A stretch of DNA of 64,000 nucleotides from Phoronis australis (GCA_002633005.1 NMRA01000012.1:1863992-1927991); one strand, 5' to 3'; counted from the first letter of the stretch, positions 1-12,117 are shown. The notes: a model not told the origin generated them from the letters alone. Translations and numbers: made by a program.

Positions 1-1961
1 GTTATCATTATCGTACCACGTATTTTCCCGCCAAACTACGTATGCATGGCAACCAAAAGAGTGATTACTTTTAGCGATCTCAAACGGCGACAACAGAAAA
101 CCAAGCAAAATGTCGAGCAGACAACCCGGTGAAAAACTGTGAGCATTTTCCACTTTTTTGACATGTTGATGTAAATTTTAGCTCCCATGAATAGTGTGAT
201 AAGACAACATCAAGTATAGCAAATGAATGAACCGATGTGCCATCTGATAGCTTATTCTCATCTCTTTGTATGGTGTAATTTCTGGTTGCCAAATCGCATG
301 CCAAATATTTTCAGCCCACGTGTTTGAAAATAGGTCAGTGTCACGAGTGTCGTACCACTACAGGTCACGGGTATGGTACCCGTGGTACGATACATGTAAC
401 CAAGAGGTACGATACACAAAACGTGATACGAGTAGGTAATGTGTTGTTTTTCTTGCGTTTTAGTACTATTTTTTTACTTTCAGGAAAATGCCATCGCCGT
501 CGTCATGGACAATGGAGGATATGCAGAACTGTCTCAAAGCTATAGATGAAGGATTGTGATTTAACGCTGCTTCTAAGCTATTTGGTATCCCAAAGCCCAC
601 TATTCGCCGTCACCCCATGGGTCTGAATAAGTACGCAAAACACACAAAGTTACGCGGAGGCCCAAAAGTTTTGCCTACAGAAATAGAAGCTGATTTGGTA
701 GAACACATAAAAGGTCTTGACAATCTTTTTTTGGTATCACGCCAAAAACTCTTATGAAACTTGCATATCAATTGGCAAAATCCCATGGCATCCATAAATT
801 TAGCGAAACAAGACAGTCTGTCAATAAAACCTGGTACTACAGCTTTATGAGACGACATCCAGAACTCAGTCTGCGCACCCCAGAAGCTACATCTACTGGT
901 CGCATGAAAGGTTTCAGCCGCCGAGCTGTTTCAGATTTCTTCGATAAATATTACGAGCTAATTGAATTACACGGATTTACTGCTGACAGAGTGTTTAATA
1001 TGGATGAAACTGGACATTCTACCGCGCAAAGGCCATCGAAAGTGATCTCAACGAAAGGGAGCAGCAACAACCACTGAACGAGGAACAAATACTACAGGTG
1101 TCCAATGTCATTCTGCCATTGGCCAATACATCCCCCCGATGCTCATCTTCAAGAGGAAAAGACTGTGTGATACCTTGAAAGTTGATGCACCCACTGGTAC
1201 TATTTTTGCCTGCACTAATTCAGGATGGATTGACTCTATAGTTTTCATTGAATAGCTTCGTCATTTTATCCGATCAGTGAATGCATCAGTTGAAAACAAA
1301 GTCCTTCTACTCAATGGACATGCATCCCACACAAAAAACCTTGACGCCATTAAGCTAGCACAAGAAAATGGTGTTTTCATTCTCTCCTTCCCCAGTCACA
1401 CAACGCACAGGCTCCAACCCTTAGATGTTAGCTTTTTTAAGTCATAATTGTGATTCCGATGGAGACTCTGATTAACCTACATAAACCCGGCAATTTAAGT
1501 TTGTTACATAAGTATAGTTGACTGGTCCATTTTGTTGTCTTTAAGTGTTGGTTTGTTCGCACATATTTATAAAGACGACTGTTAGCATTAGAGTCATAGG
1601 GAAACGCTGTTTCTTGTAATATGTTTCTATGTGGCCAATAAAAGGTTTGACTTTTTTGCACTGTCTCTTTGTTTATCTTTGCTTGGTGAAATACACGTAG
1701 TTATTAGTATAGTACCACTGGTACGATTCTGATGTCCGACAGGTACGAATTACAAAACCGGTCATGTGAATCGTACTTTTATTGACTTTTCAACAACCGT
1801 GTTTTGCAGCTAAAACATAATCATTATTCTTCTAAATCACATGTGCGGTTATACATGTGAAGCCACTTAAGGCTATGACATAGCTCCCGATTCCGTGGCT
1901 AGTTCAGCGTGGCGTACAGAGGGGTGCATCCTTAAGTGGTACGAAACCAGTAACTTACCCC
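1..1961 (+). mobile_element. pogo/Tigger-like (Tc1/mariner superfamily) DNA transposon, internally deleted; the window starts inside the left TIR
   Basis: Right end GTGGTACGAAACCAGTAACTTACCCC (1936-1961) is followed by TA. Its reverse complement resembles the window start (GTTA...TCGTACCAC). A decayed transposase lies inside. Confidence 0.85.
488..1440 (+). pseudogene. Degenerate pogo-family DDE transposase (psq HTH, CENP-B-like HTH, DDE_1)
   Basis: Motifs WTMEDMQNCLKAI..AASKLFGIPKPTIRRH, WYYSFMRRHPELSLRTPE, VFNMDETG, GHASHT and PSHTTHRLQPLDVSFF. Contains stops and frameshifts and is truncated after 1440. Confidence 0.9.
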
Positions 1962-2255
1962 TATTTGTCAAATTTTATGAAATTCCATACAGTACCTTTG
2001 AAGATACAGAGGTAAACGTAAAATACTAAAATTGCCACTAGGGAGCACACCGATAGTCAGATCCATCCGAAAATTTGCTCATGCTGTCCCATCCATGAAA
2101 GGTACACTTGCAAATTTTCATAAACAATCATCAAAGGACTTTGGAGATAGAGCAGTGAATGCCGGACAGATGCTGGATGGACACCAGATGGACGGACGGA
2201 CGGACAGGGATGACAGCATAATGAGCCAACATATAAATGTATGGGTGCATAAAAA
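1962..2255 (-). mobile_element. Helentron-associated HINE-like element, terminal part (interrupted by the pogo insertion)
   Basis: The - strand starts TTTTTATGCACCCA, followed by a (GTCC)n microsatellite and then the central repeat unit. Confidence 0.6.
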
Positions 2256-2364
2256 GCAAATATGCAAAATAAATGCACGGAAAATCGGATATTTTGGAGG
2301 ATTCAAAGATCATCGATACTGCAATAGCTGCATGGGCATTCCGAGCTTTTGGTACATGTGAGCA

Positions 2365-2830
2365 GCAGTACTGCAGGATCCAAGGAGGACGATTAATATA
2401 GCGGGATCCAATGAGGATGATAAATACAGTAGAATCTAAGGATAATAAATACTGTAGGATCCAAGGAGGATCAATACAGGGAAATCCGAGGAGGAACAGT
2501 ACTGGAGGAACAAGTTAGAATTATCAATACCAGAGGATCCAGGGATGATAATACCTAATGATCCAAGGATGACCATTACTGGGGAGGATGATCATTTCTG
2601 TGTGGAGTATCCAAGGATCTTCAATATTGGTGGATCCAAGGAAGACAATCAATACTAGGGTGAGGAGGATCATCAATACTGGTTTATCCAAGCAGGATCA
2701 TCAACACCAGTGGATCCAAGGACGATGACTAATAAGGATCATCAATACAAGAGGATCCAATGGTGTTCATCAATACTGCAAGAAGCACGGATAACCAATA
2801 CGATAGGATCCACAGGGGATTATCAGTCGT
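2365..2830. repeat. Degenerate ~22-24 bp minisatellite rich in GGATCC (consensus near GGATCCAAGGAGGATCATCAATACT)
   Basis: Recurring GGATCCAAGGA and TCAATAC units. Confidence 0.85.
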
Positions 2831-3617
2831 CATGAAAACTTGTGAAAACATATGAGTGAGACATGTATGCAAGTTGAAAGAAATGAAATGACTTTAACAC
2901 TATATGGGCGAGCTTCAAGTTGTTCTGGTATCAAACTAAGCAAGAGCATAACTGCGCTCAAAAAAAGCTCCAACAATCAGCCCCTCACACCTTTCACATC
3001 ACATCAATCACAAAGTTCAAAGGCCAAAACCCCTCCCACCACTTTATCACCATAAGCCAGCCACATACCTGTATTCCGCCCTTCATCTGAAACGATGGTT
3101 GTGACTGCACTAAGACTATTAGATTTCTAAGAGATTCGAGAGGACTTAACATTGGGGAATTTAATTAGACTTTATACTCGTTTTGGTCAAATATCAAGTC
3201 AACAACTAGAATTTATTTCATTTGTTAAAACACTAAATAGTGACAATTTTGCACATGACAAAATATTATCTTTGCAGTTATGTCAGAACCACCGTGGTTT
3301 TCAAAGAGAATGTTAAGCAGGGTTTCAGTAACACAAAGTTAAACTACAGTACACGCCAAAAGTATTCGGACAAAATGACCCGGAATTCCTCATCATGACA
3401 AATGGGCAGAAGCCAAATTCATCACCAGAGTTGTTTTCTCTCATGACCGAAAATAAAGGGGAATTAACTAAGAAGGTTGAGTAAGGTGGCTAAAGCCATT
3501 CTGTAATTAGAATTTTGCTGCCCTAATAGTTATTACCAGTCCTGTTTGCTGTTAACAGAATTAGCCATCATGACAGGGAAATGGTATTTTGTCTGATTAC
3601 TTTTGTCCTGTAATGAA

Positions 3618-3878
3618 NNNNNNNNNNNNNNNNNNNNNNNNNNNNNNNNNNNNNNNNNNNNNNNNNNNNNNNNNNNNNNNNNNNNNNNNNNNNNNNNNNN
3701 NNNNNNNNNNNNNNNNNNNNNNNNNNNNNNNNNNNNNNNNNNNNNNNNNNNNNNNNNNNNNNNNNNNNNNNNNNNNNNNNNNNNNNNNNNNNNNNNNNNN
3801 NNNNNNNNNNNNNNNNNNNNNNNNNNNNNNNNNNNNNNNNNNNNNNNNNNNNNNNNNNNNNNNNNNNNNNNNNNNNNN
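3618..3878. other. Assembly gap (N run)
   Basis: Run of n characters. Confidence 1.
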
Positions 3879-4943
3879 GGTGTGCTTCTAGGGGTGTTTA
3901 TTCATATCATTAGATGGCACAGAATACATCAAACCCATCCAAAAATGATGAAGGTATTGTCCTCTCTCAAAACTATTGGCCAAATTTTCATGAAAATCCA
4001 TCAAAGAACTCCAAAGATATGCAAAAAATAAAATTGCCACTAGGGGCTGCCAGATTAGTTGAACACGTACGAAAATCAATGTAAGCCTCGGTTTTCTCAT
4101 CAGAAACACATCTTCAAATTAATATATTAATGATCGTTCAAGCAATTTGGTGGATGAAGTGGGTGACGTCAAAAACCTACTCAAAAATTTTTAAAATGGC
4201 TCCCAAGTGGTGCAAAATAAAATCCTCCCAAACTTTCATACAAAATCTGCCAAGGAGTTTCAAGGACAATTAAAAATAAACAAAATTGCCACAAGGGAGC
4301 ACAGCAATAGTCCGAAGCGTCCTAATGTTGCCGTTGTCAACTTCATATAAATACACTTGCCAAATTTATTAAAAATCCTGCAGAGGGTTTAGGAGACACA
4401 GTCATGAGCACAAAAGAAACAAAACTGCCACTAGGAGGCGCGATAGTAGTGAAAGTCATCGAAACATCGTCAGCCATCCTCTTCACAGTAGGAACATATA
4501 CGCTAATTCTCAAAATCTTCCAGACTGGTTTGGTTGATAGAGGGGCGTTTGCCAAATATGACTAGAAAGCAGGAAAATGACCACTAGGTGTCGCAACATG
4601 CCTCAAATCCATCCAAAAACTGTAGGGTAGCGTCATCTCACTAACAGATACCTATTTGTCAAATTTTATGAAATTTCGTACAGTACCTTTGAAGATACAG
4701 AGGTAAACGTAAAAATACTAAAATTGCCACTAGGGAGCACACCAATAGTCAGATCCATCTGAAAATTTGCTCATGCTGTCCCATCCATGAAAGGAACACT
4801 TGCAAATTTTCATAAACAACCATCAAAGGGCTTTGGAGATAGAGCAGTGGATGCCGGACAGATGCTGGATGGACACCAGATGGACGGACAGACAGGGATG
4901 ACAGCGTAATGAGCCAACATATAAAAGTATGGGTGCATAAAAA
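3879..4943 (-). mobile_element. Helentron-associated HINE-like element with internal ~140-155 bp tandem units
   Basis: Terminus TTTTTATGCACCCA on the - strand, GTCY microsatellite near 4880-4895, and repeated units each containing a GCCACTAGG-like motif. Related copies lie at 6560-6778 and 22938-24010. Confidence 0.65.
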
Positions 4944-5054
4944 GTAAATATGCACACTAAATGCACGAAAAATCGGATATTTTGGAGGATTCAAAGTAGA
5001 TCATTGATACTGCAATAGCAGCAAGGGCATTCCGAGCTTTTGGTACATGTGAGG

Positions 5055-5535
5055 AGCAGTACTGCAGGATCCAAGGAGGACGATTAATATTGCAGGATCC
5101 AAGGAGGATGATAAATACAGTAGAATCTAAGGATAATAAATACTGTAGGATCCAAGGAGGATCAATACAGGGAAATCCGAGGAGGAACAGTACTGGAGGA
5201 ACAAATTAGAATTATCAATACCAAATGATCCAAGGATGACCATAACTGGGAAGGATGATCAGTTCTGTGTGGAGTATCCAAGGATCTCCAATATTGGTGG
5301 ATCCAAGGAAGACAATCAATACTAGGGTGACTAATAAAGATCATCAATATTGGCGATTCAAGGAGGATCATCAATACTGGTTTATCCAAGCAGGATCATC
5401 AACACCAGTGGATCCAAGGATGATGACTAACAAGGAGGAACAAAGGATCATCAATACAAGAGGATCCAATGGTGTTCATCAATACTGCATGAAGCACGGA
5501 TAACCAATACGATAGGATCCACAGGGGATTATCAG
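5055..5535. repeat. GGATCC-rich minisatellite (second copy, different unit content)
   Basis: Same units as 2365-2830, with units gained and lost. Confidence 0.85.
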
Positions 5536-5775
5536 TCATCATGAAAACTTGTGAAAACATATGTCATAGTGAGACATGTATGCAAGTTGAAAGAAATAAA
5601 ATGACTTTTATGGGCGAGCTTCAAGGTTGTTCTGGTATCAAACTAAGCAAGAGCAAAACTGCGCTCAAAAAAAGCTCCAACAATCAGCCCCTCACACCTT
5701 TCACATCACATCAATCACAAAGTTCAAAGGCCAAAACCCCTCCCACCACTTCATCACCATAAGCCAGCCACATAC

Positions 5776-5793
5776 CTGTATTCCGCCCTTCAT
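5776..5793 (-). CDS. SSRP1: Candidate 18-nt SSRP1 microexon (MKGGIQ); identical copy at 3069-3086
   Basis: The - strand reads tttcag|ATGAAGGGCGGAATACAG|gtatgt. It is frame-preserving (phase 0/0) and follows the phase-0 donor at 6350. Confidence 0.5.
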
Positions 5794-6349
5794 CTGAAAC
5801 GATGGTTGTGACTGCACTAAGACTATTAGATTTCTAAGAGATTCGAGAGGACTTAACATTGGGGAATTTAATTAGACTTTATACTCGTTTCAGTCAAATA
5901 TCAAGTCAACAACTAGAATTTATTTCATTTGTTAAAACACTAAATACTGACAATTTTGCACACGACAAAATATTATCTTTGCAGTTATGTCAGAACCACC
6001 GTGGTTTTCAAAGAGAATGTTTAGCAGGGTTTCAGTAACACAAAGTTAAACTACAGTACAAGCCAAAAGTATTCGGACAAAATGACCCGGAATTCCTCAT
6101 CATGACAGATGGGCAGAAGCCAAATTCATCACCAGAGTTGTTTTCTCTCATGACCGAAAATAAAGGGGAATTAACTAAGAAGGTTGAGTAAGGTGGCTAA
6201 AGCCATTCTGTAATTAGAATTTTGCTGCCCTAATAGTTATTACCAGTCCTGTTTGCTGTTAACAGAATTAGCCATCATGACAGGGAAATGGTATTTTGTC
6301 TGATTACTTTTGTCCTGTAATGAATGTTAGAAAATTTGCACTAACTTAC

Positions 6350-6422
6350 CAACTTCCCACCAATGTTCTTCACCCTCAAATGCTTGTTCTTCACAAAATC
6401 GTACAACTTTCCATACTCATCT
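6350..6422 (-). CDS. SSRP1: SSRP1 coding exon 10 (DEYGKLYDFVKNKHLRVKNIGGKL)
   Basis: 73 nt, AG/GT boundaries, phase matches exon 9. Confidence 0.93.
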
Positions 6423-6559
6423 CTATGGTGAGAAAAAATTAGAAAACAAAGATACAGTTTAAGTTTTAATAAAACTATAACTCTTCCCTGTGGCACAGGA
6501 AATAAGTAATAAAATAAACTAGTGCTCCCCCGCCCCCACAACGTCCTATTTTCATCGTT

Positions 6560-6778
6560 TGCTTGCACCACCAAATGTAGAAACCTGACTAATATACAGC
6601 TGGGAATAAACATTCCCCAAACAATGATTGCATATCGCAGCGCACATCGGTTTATGAGATTCAGCCATGGGTGCAAAAAAACTGCCACTATGAGGTACCA
6701 CAGTAGTGGACGTCGTCAGAAAATCATCGTCAGCTGTCCCCTTCACAGTATGAGCATTTTGTGTGGGCGCATAAAAAA
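6560..6778 (-). mobile_element. Short HINE-like copy
   Basis: Terminus TTTTTATGCGCCCAC is identical to that at 22938; one GCCACTATGAGG unit. Confidence 0.55.
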
Positions 6779-7094
6779 TGACTGTTGCAAGTTTTCAACA
6801 GTCAATGAACCCCAATGGCTCTTCTGTTCACAGAAGATTGATGATATTACAGCAGCTCAGAGAGATAATGAGTTTCTGGGAAAATAGTTTTATCAACTTG
6901 TATTTAGTAATATTTCTCCAATCCAGTTTTACTGCTTGTTTATATTGTCTGTGAGTATGAGTGAATAAATGTCTGAAAAAAGATAACGATAAAGAGCAAG
7001 AAATACATGTAACAGGTCAAGAGCATGGCACAATTTAAAGTATAATCTTTACTCAAGGTTTGCAACAGGCTACACACATTAGCATCATGCTTAC

Positions 7095-7316
7095 TTTTCA
7101 ATACTTGAAAACGTGTAGACATTTCCCGATTTCGTCTCCACTTCAAAATCAAACGACCTCGTTGTGGTGGCGCCGCGTGCAAAGTTGACGCTGCTGCACT
7201 CGTCAAAACGTATGTGAACTGGCGGTTTGTGCACGTAGAGGAATCCGCGCTCAAGTGGATACAGGAAGCCGTTACTGGCTTTGTACGAACATGTGATGCA
7301 ATGACCTCCACTGAAC
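7095..7316 (-). CDS. SSRP1: SSRP1 coding exon 9 (Rtt106-like PH domain; GFLYPLERGFLYVHKPPVHIRFDE)
   Basis: 222 nt, canonical splice sites, hallmark SSRP1 motif. Confidence 0.97.
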
Positions 7317-7901
7317 CTGGCATTAATGAGATACACATTCATGGATGATTATTAATTTCCTATACAGTGTTATAAGGTTGAACTTCCATCGTTCTTCTCT
7401 ACACAAATGACCAGTTGAATGGACACTTCACCATTATACCAAGGAATGGCCAGCTCAATACAGTCAATAAGCTCCACTGGAAATTCTCACACAGGAACAC
7501 AGCGATTAGTTTTGCACAAACTGTAAATGCATGTTTTTAGACTCAATATGCTTGTATTACCAAAATAATGCTATTATCAAATAAATTTTTGCTCATCAAG
7601 TATTTTGCATGTAGGAGTATGCATATAAGCTTCACTTACAAGTGATGCGATTTAATATTAATTTTGATTGGCTACCGAAAGTAATCAGACAAGCACTTAG
7701 TTCATCACGCCCGAATGATGTGAGGATTCTTGCTCACTAGATTGAAAACATCAAGCAAGTGATATATTTGCTTCACCACCTCGTCAACCAAAATCCTCAC
7801 GATTTATTTTGCCAGACATGAGCAATTAGTTCAACTTAAGTATACTTGAGCACATGGCTCTCTGTCTAATGGCTGAATCCTTAAATCTGGAAACCACTTA
7901 C

Positions 7902-8030
7902 GATTTAAATGTGCCAGGCACTGTGATTTTTCTGTTAACAAAGGCCTTCATAATTCGGCTGATTATCTCATACTCAGGACCGGACATCTCTTTGGCCAGC
8001 TTACCCTCAAACTTTTCCTGGATGTCTTCT
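7902..8030 (-). CDS. SSRP1: SSRP1 coding exon 8 (EDIQEKFEGKLAKEMSGPEYEIISRIMKAFVNRKITVPG)
   Basis: 129 nt, AG/GT, in phase. Confidence 0.96.
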
Positions 8031-8592
8031 CTAAGGACAAGAAAAATAACACTGCATAAGATAATCATAAAAAATAAAAAGAGGTAAATTTGTATTTTTT
8101 GTGAGGATTACAAAATTAAATGGAAACATTCAACACTCGCCAGAGACATACTTAAACAGCACTCAATAGGCCTGCAAATAAATTTGTTAATTAGTGATTC
8201 AGAGGAAAGAGATGTGATGAAACAGCAAAACATCAGGACACTGGATATAACGATAGTAAGAAGTCTAGTTAGCAAGTCACAAGGGATAACTTAACGTAAG
8301 TTCTTGTAGAATTCCAATTTTACCAAGTCAACACGACACATCAACAAAGGAGCTCAACACGAGGGCACTCAAGTAACCGTACTTTTCATCCAGGGTGTCA
8401 TACAAGGCATTAAATGAAAGCAGTTAACACCTTTAAGTGCAGTTACATTTATTTCTCAAAGTACTAAAACTCATCAGCAAAGAAGATAGTACCAAGAATT
8501 TACACGCGGATCGATGACCATGCATTAAAGTGAGCAAGGTCTTTTAAAGTCTCACACAGCGCTTATTAGATCAATGTGAACTGTTGACTTAC

Positions 8593-8696
8593 TCAGATAG
8601 AGTCAGTTCCACTGTTGTTTCATCTTCCTTGTTATACAACAGAATGACAAACGGGTACCTCGTCTGACCTTGTTTGATAGGTGGGTCCAGGCTGAC
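8593..8696 (-). CDS. SSRP1: SSRP1 coding exon 7 (VSLDPPIKQGQTRYPF)
   Basis: 104 nt, AG/GT, hallmark LDPPIKQGQTRY. Confidence 0.97.
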
Positions 8697-9421
8697 CTGA
8701 AGGACACATTCAATGACACAAAATAAAACTCATTAAAACACGGCAAAGTTTACTAACATGAAGCTGTTATAAACCACATTCCTTCAAAAATAACTTGATT
8801 GAGACCAGACTTAGACAGACAGCTTGTAGGGGTGCACGACAAATGATCTCAAATTAAAACAAATGGCCAGTTTTTCCAAACCCAAGAAACCACGTCTCCT
8901 TCGAATAAGAAGCAAGCTGCATTCTATTTATTAGCGACAATGATCTGAATTAAAAATTTGTTTCTTGATAAATCATATGTTCATAGCAGCTTTAATAGAC
9001 ATCCATTCTGACTCGCAGTATATGTGGTCTTCTAGTGAACAAACATACACCACAAGAACGAGTGACATAACCACAAGGTAATACATATCACGCTGGCACT
9101 TCCTGAACACATGAAAGGAGCTCACCCATCACGCCATGAAAATCACATAATCATGAAGTTACAAGGACAAATCTGACGATCTAATGCTCACATTAGTGGT
9201 TACTAAGCATTTCAGAATTGAAAAATGTTCAACAATAAAAATGTAATTGTTCTTGCCAAGATAATGAAAACATTAAAGAGAATCAGTCATTGACATTGCA
9301 TTTTGGAAACCCTTATAGATTCACTGTAAATTTAAATCGAGCAGAGCTAAGAAGTGGGAATGTGAGAGTGAATTGATTTCTTTTTCTCATCAATTGGGTT
9401 GTTGATTTCTATTATTGTGTT

Positions 9422-9725
9422 CTTAGTTTCTCAAGTCTTCTCACTTCATGTACTTGAGGAGTTGGAATTCTTGAAAGCAATGTCCTCAATCACTCCCACA
9501 AACAATCGTCTCAATAGTAAATGAGCAAAGAAAATAACATTATATTGTTGAAACATTTTGGCAATTGCAATATTTGTTATTTTAGCGGTCGAAACATGTT
9601 GATAATTAAAATTTTCTTTACTCATTTATCATTGAGACCATCATTTATGGGAGTTATTCAGTGCATTGCTTTCTAGTGTCCAACTGTCCATGTACATGAA
9701 CTGAGAAACTTGATAACAAACTAAG
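9422..9725. repeat. Degenerate long inverted repeat (MITE-like palindrome) in an SSRP1 intron
   Basis: Arms pair, e.g. CTTAGTTT/AAACTAAG, TTCATGTAC/GTACATGAA, GAAAGCAATG/CATTGCTTTC and GTCTCAAT/ATTGAGAC. Confidence 0.75.
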
Positions 9726-9858
9726 CTGGATATGAATTTATTATTTTATTGAAATAAATGATTAAACGAAATGTTCACTAAAAGTCTTGCATGAATTACC
9801 AAGTAGTCTATCTCAAACAGTGACCAAGAATACAGAGGACACATAATGATATACAAAC

Positions 9859-9994
9859 CACAAAGAACATCTGTCTGTTGTCTTTATGAGGCAGTAAGAA
9901 CAATCGCAGCACTGTTGTATAAGGAATCTTGTAATCGTATGTTTTACCATGGAGTTGAAGAAATGTTGGATAGATCTTCAGATCATAACGTCCT
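9859..9994 (-). CDS. SSRP1: SSRP1 coding exon 6 ([25 protein letters not shown])
   Basis: 136 nt, AG/GT, hallmark motif. Confidence 0.97.
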
Positions 9995-10522
9995 CTGAAA
10001 ATAATTCAACAATTTAAAACAGTGTTCTCCACAACATGTTTTGACTGGCCGCAAAATCAAGATTGAATTTCGACTTGTTGAGTTTGAAAACCTATGGAAT
10101 GAGTTTGAACTTTTGGAGATTAATCAATTGTTGAGCAATTTAAATTAGGATGTTTTGGATTTTTGTCACTAGTTTAAAGCATTTATTCCAAGACTTAACA
10201 AGCAACTCCTCCACAGATGGACATATTGAACTTGTGAACATGTACATGAATCAAGTAATTCTCATCGACTATGAATTTTCTGTAGTGGAGATCACAGTAA
10301 AAAGTAGGTGCTAACCCAATTTTCATCAACTCTGATGAACATATCAATATTTACTGACAGGGGAGGTAAATTAATAGATTCGAAACATGAGCATTAAATA
10401 CATTTAACAATCAAAGACAGCTAATTATCCATGCCCTATAACAGCAGTTCATCAAAATGACAAATTAACTTCGGCAATCAAGGTTTACAAATTTGCTCAT
10501 TAGAAAAACAAAACCCACAAAC

Positions 10523-10617
10523 CTGGGAGTGAGGCACTGTGCCTCAGGGAATAGTGCGATAGATTCACCAGTGGCTTGGATGATATCAGCCTTGGCCAAG
10601 ACGTTTTTATGAAATTC
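10523..10617 (-). CDS. SSRP1: SSRP1 coding exon 5 (EFHKNVLAKADIIQATGESIALFPEAQCLTPR)
   Basis: 95 nt, AG/GT, in phase. Confidence 0.95.
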
Positions 10618-11102
10618 CTGAAAATTCACCAAGCGACATCAATACGTGATTCCCCCTCGACTCATCAATACAACGACCACTGCAACATGTCAACTAGTCA
10701 TAATTACCACCTCCTTATTATCCAAGCCATATTTCTAAAACATGTAGTCATGAGCCACAAAGAATTTTTGCTGAGAGACCACCACATGAAAACGTGAAGT
10801 ACAAACAAATTTCCCAACAAAAATGAGAGTTGGTAATTCTCCACTTATTTAGCACACAATATGACCAACCAATGACATTCTACTTTGTCAGATTTGTCCA
10901 AAACATAATGATCAAGAAAACCTTAGTCTGTTACTAGCATTTTTTGTACTGCGTAGATGTTATAAAATAACTTTTGGTAATTTTTTCATTATTTGTAGAA
11001 AAGAAATTGGCATTTGAAAAATGGAATATTATAATTTTAATTATAATTTTGACAATTATGTTTGTGCGAAATAGGTGAAGAATTACTGAAGATTTATCTT
11101 AC

Positions 11103-11296
11103 CAAGACAGGGTCGTTTTCTGTGTTACTTGCGTCTGTTGGGATGTGGAACCTCATCTCCATCAGAGAGACAGCAGCGTCATCATTCTGGTGAAACTCGA
11201 GAGTCACCTCATTTTTATTTGTGGTGCTCGCTGAGACGTTGCTGAGAGGCACTTCAAAGGCAAGCTTATTGCCGACATCAAATGTGAGGCTGTTCC
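11103..11296 (-). CDS. SSRP1: SSRP1 coding exon 4 (AFEVPLSNVS..KNEVTLEFHQNDDAAVSLMEMRFHIP)
   Basis: 194 nt, AG/GT, in phase. Confidence 0.97.
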
Positions 11297-11312
11297 CTGC
11301 AACAAGCATTCA

Positions 11313-11795
11313 TATTACCTAGAACATAAGGCTATGGTCTTACAGTACTCAAATATAACACAGTGTCATGGGACATTTGCACTCTGATGTGAGCAATAGC
11401 AGCGATTCAAATATAAGGCTAATATTTGTGAACACCCCAAACATAACTATGCAGCATCACAATATCATATCCAGACACACTGATAATATCTGTGTGTCTT
11501 GTGTTAGCCAGTTTGGAATGTTGCCTTGTTTTGTTTGTCTTTTTGTTTTAACATCCATTCAATATTTTTATGGAATGAATTTATCCAAGCAATATTTTGT
11601 AATCTTAGACATTACTTTATATTTTGATCCTGACTGATTGTCAAAAATGATAACATGGCCTTACATTCGAAATAACAGTATGGTCTAATACACGAATAAA
11701 AGGTCACAACCTTATATCTAGGTCATTTGCATTTGAAGAGTTCTAAAAATGCATTATTTGGCCTATAAGGACATGGCCTTATATTCCAGGTAATA
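11313..11795. mobile_element. MITE with ~30 bp TIRs
   Basis: TATTACCTAGAACATAAGGCTATGGTCTTA versus TAAGGACATGGCCTTATATTCCAGGTAATA, with internal subterminal repeats. Confidence 0.75.
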
Positions 11796-12117
11796 CAGTA
11801 GAGGATGTGAAACTTAAGCGTGTCAAGAAATTGGCATAAAGTCCAACATCCGTGTTGTGTGTGCAATGCATTATTCTTCCCTTGTTAATCCACTTAAAGA
11901 ATGCTTGACATTTTGAAAAGTGGGGCAGTCAAGCAATGCACTTTTCTACGTTTACAAAAGAGGAGAGGTGAAACCAGGACGGGTCTATTGAGTATCTCAG
12001 AAACTTTTGCTGAACCAAACGAAACAGGACTCAAAACTTAACATGTTCCACTAAAAAGCACCGTTACCACGTCAACAAAAAGTTGAAATAGTCTGTTCCA
12101 CAAGTGTTGTTTGTTAC

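Larger units (their letters stand above)
1962..3617. repeat. Copy 1 of a near-identical ~1.65 kb duplication (copy 2 at 4653-6324)
   Basis: Colinear high identity from TATTTGTCAAATTTTATG to GTCCTGTAATGAA; copy 1 ends exactly at the N gap. Confidence 0.95.
4653..6324. repeat. Copy 2 of the ~1.65 kb duplication
   Basis: Colinear with 1962-3617, with scattered substitutions and indels. Confidence 0.95.

Noticed and set aside
2365-2830. CRISPR-like repeat/spacer array
   Set aside because: Units are degenerate tandem copies without unique spacers, there are no cas genes, and the context is a eukaryotic intron.
3589-4031. ORFs of 100 and 142 aa
   Set aside because: Artefacts of the N gap.
1962-6324. 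True tandem duplication within SSRP1
   Set aside because: Not accepted as real: copy 1 ends exactly at a gap and divergence is allele-like, so uncollapsed haplotypes are more likely.
7340-7520. Intronic snoRNA in SSRP1
   Set aside because: I could not identify convincing C/D or H/ACA boxes with supporting stems.
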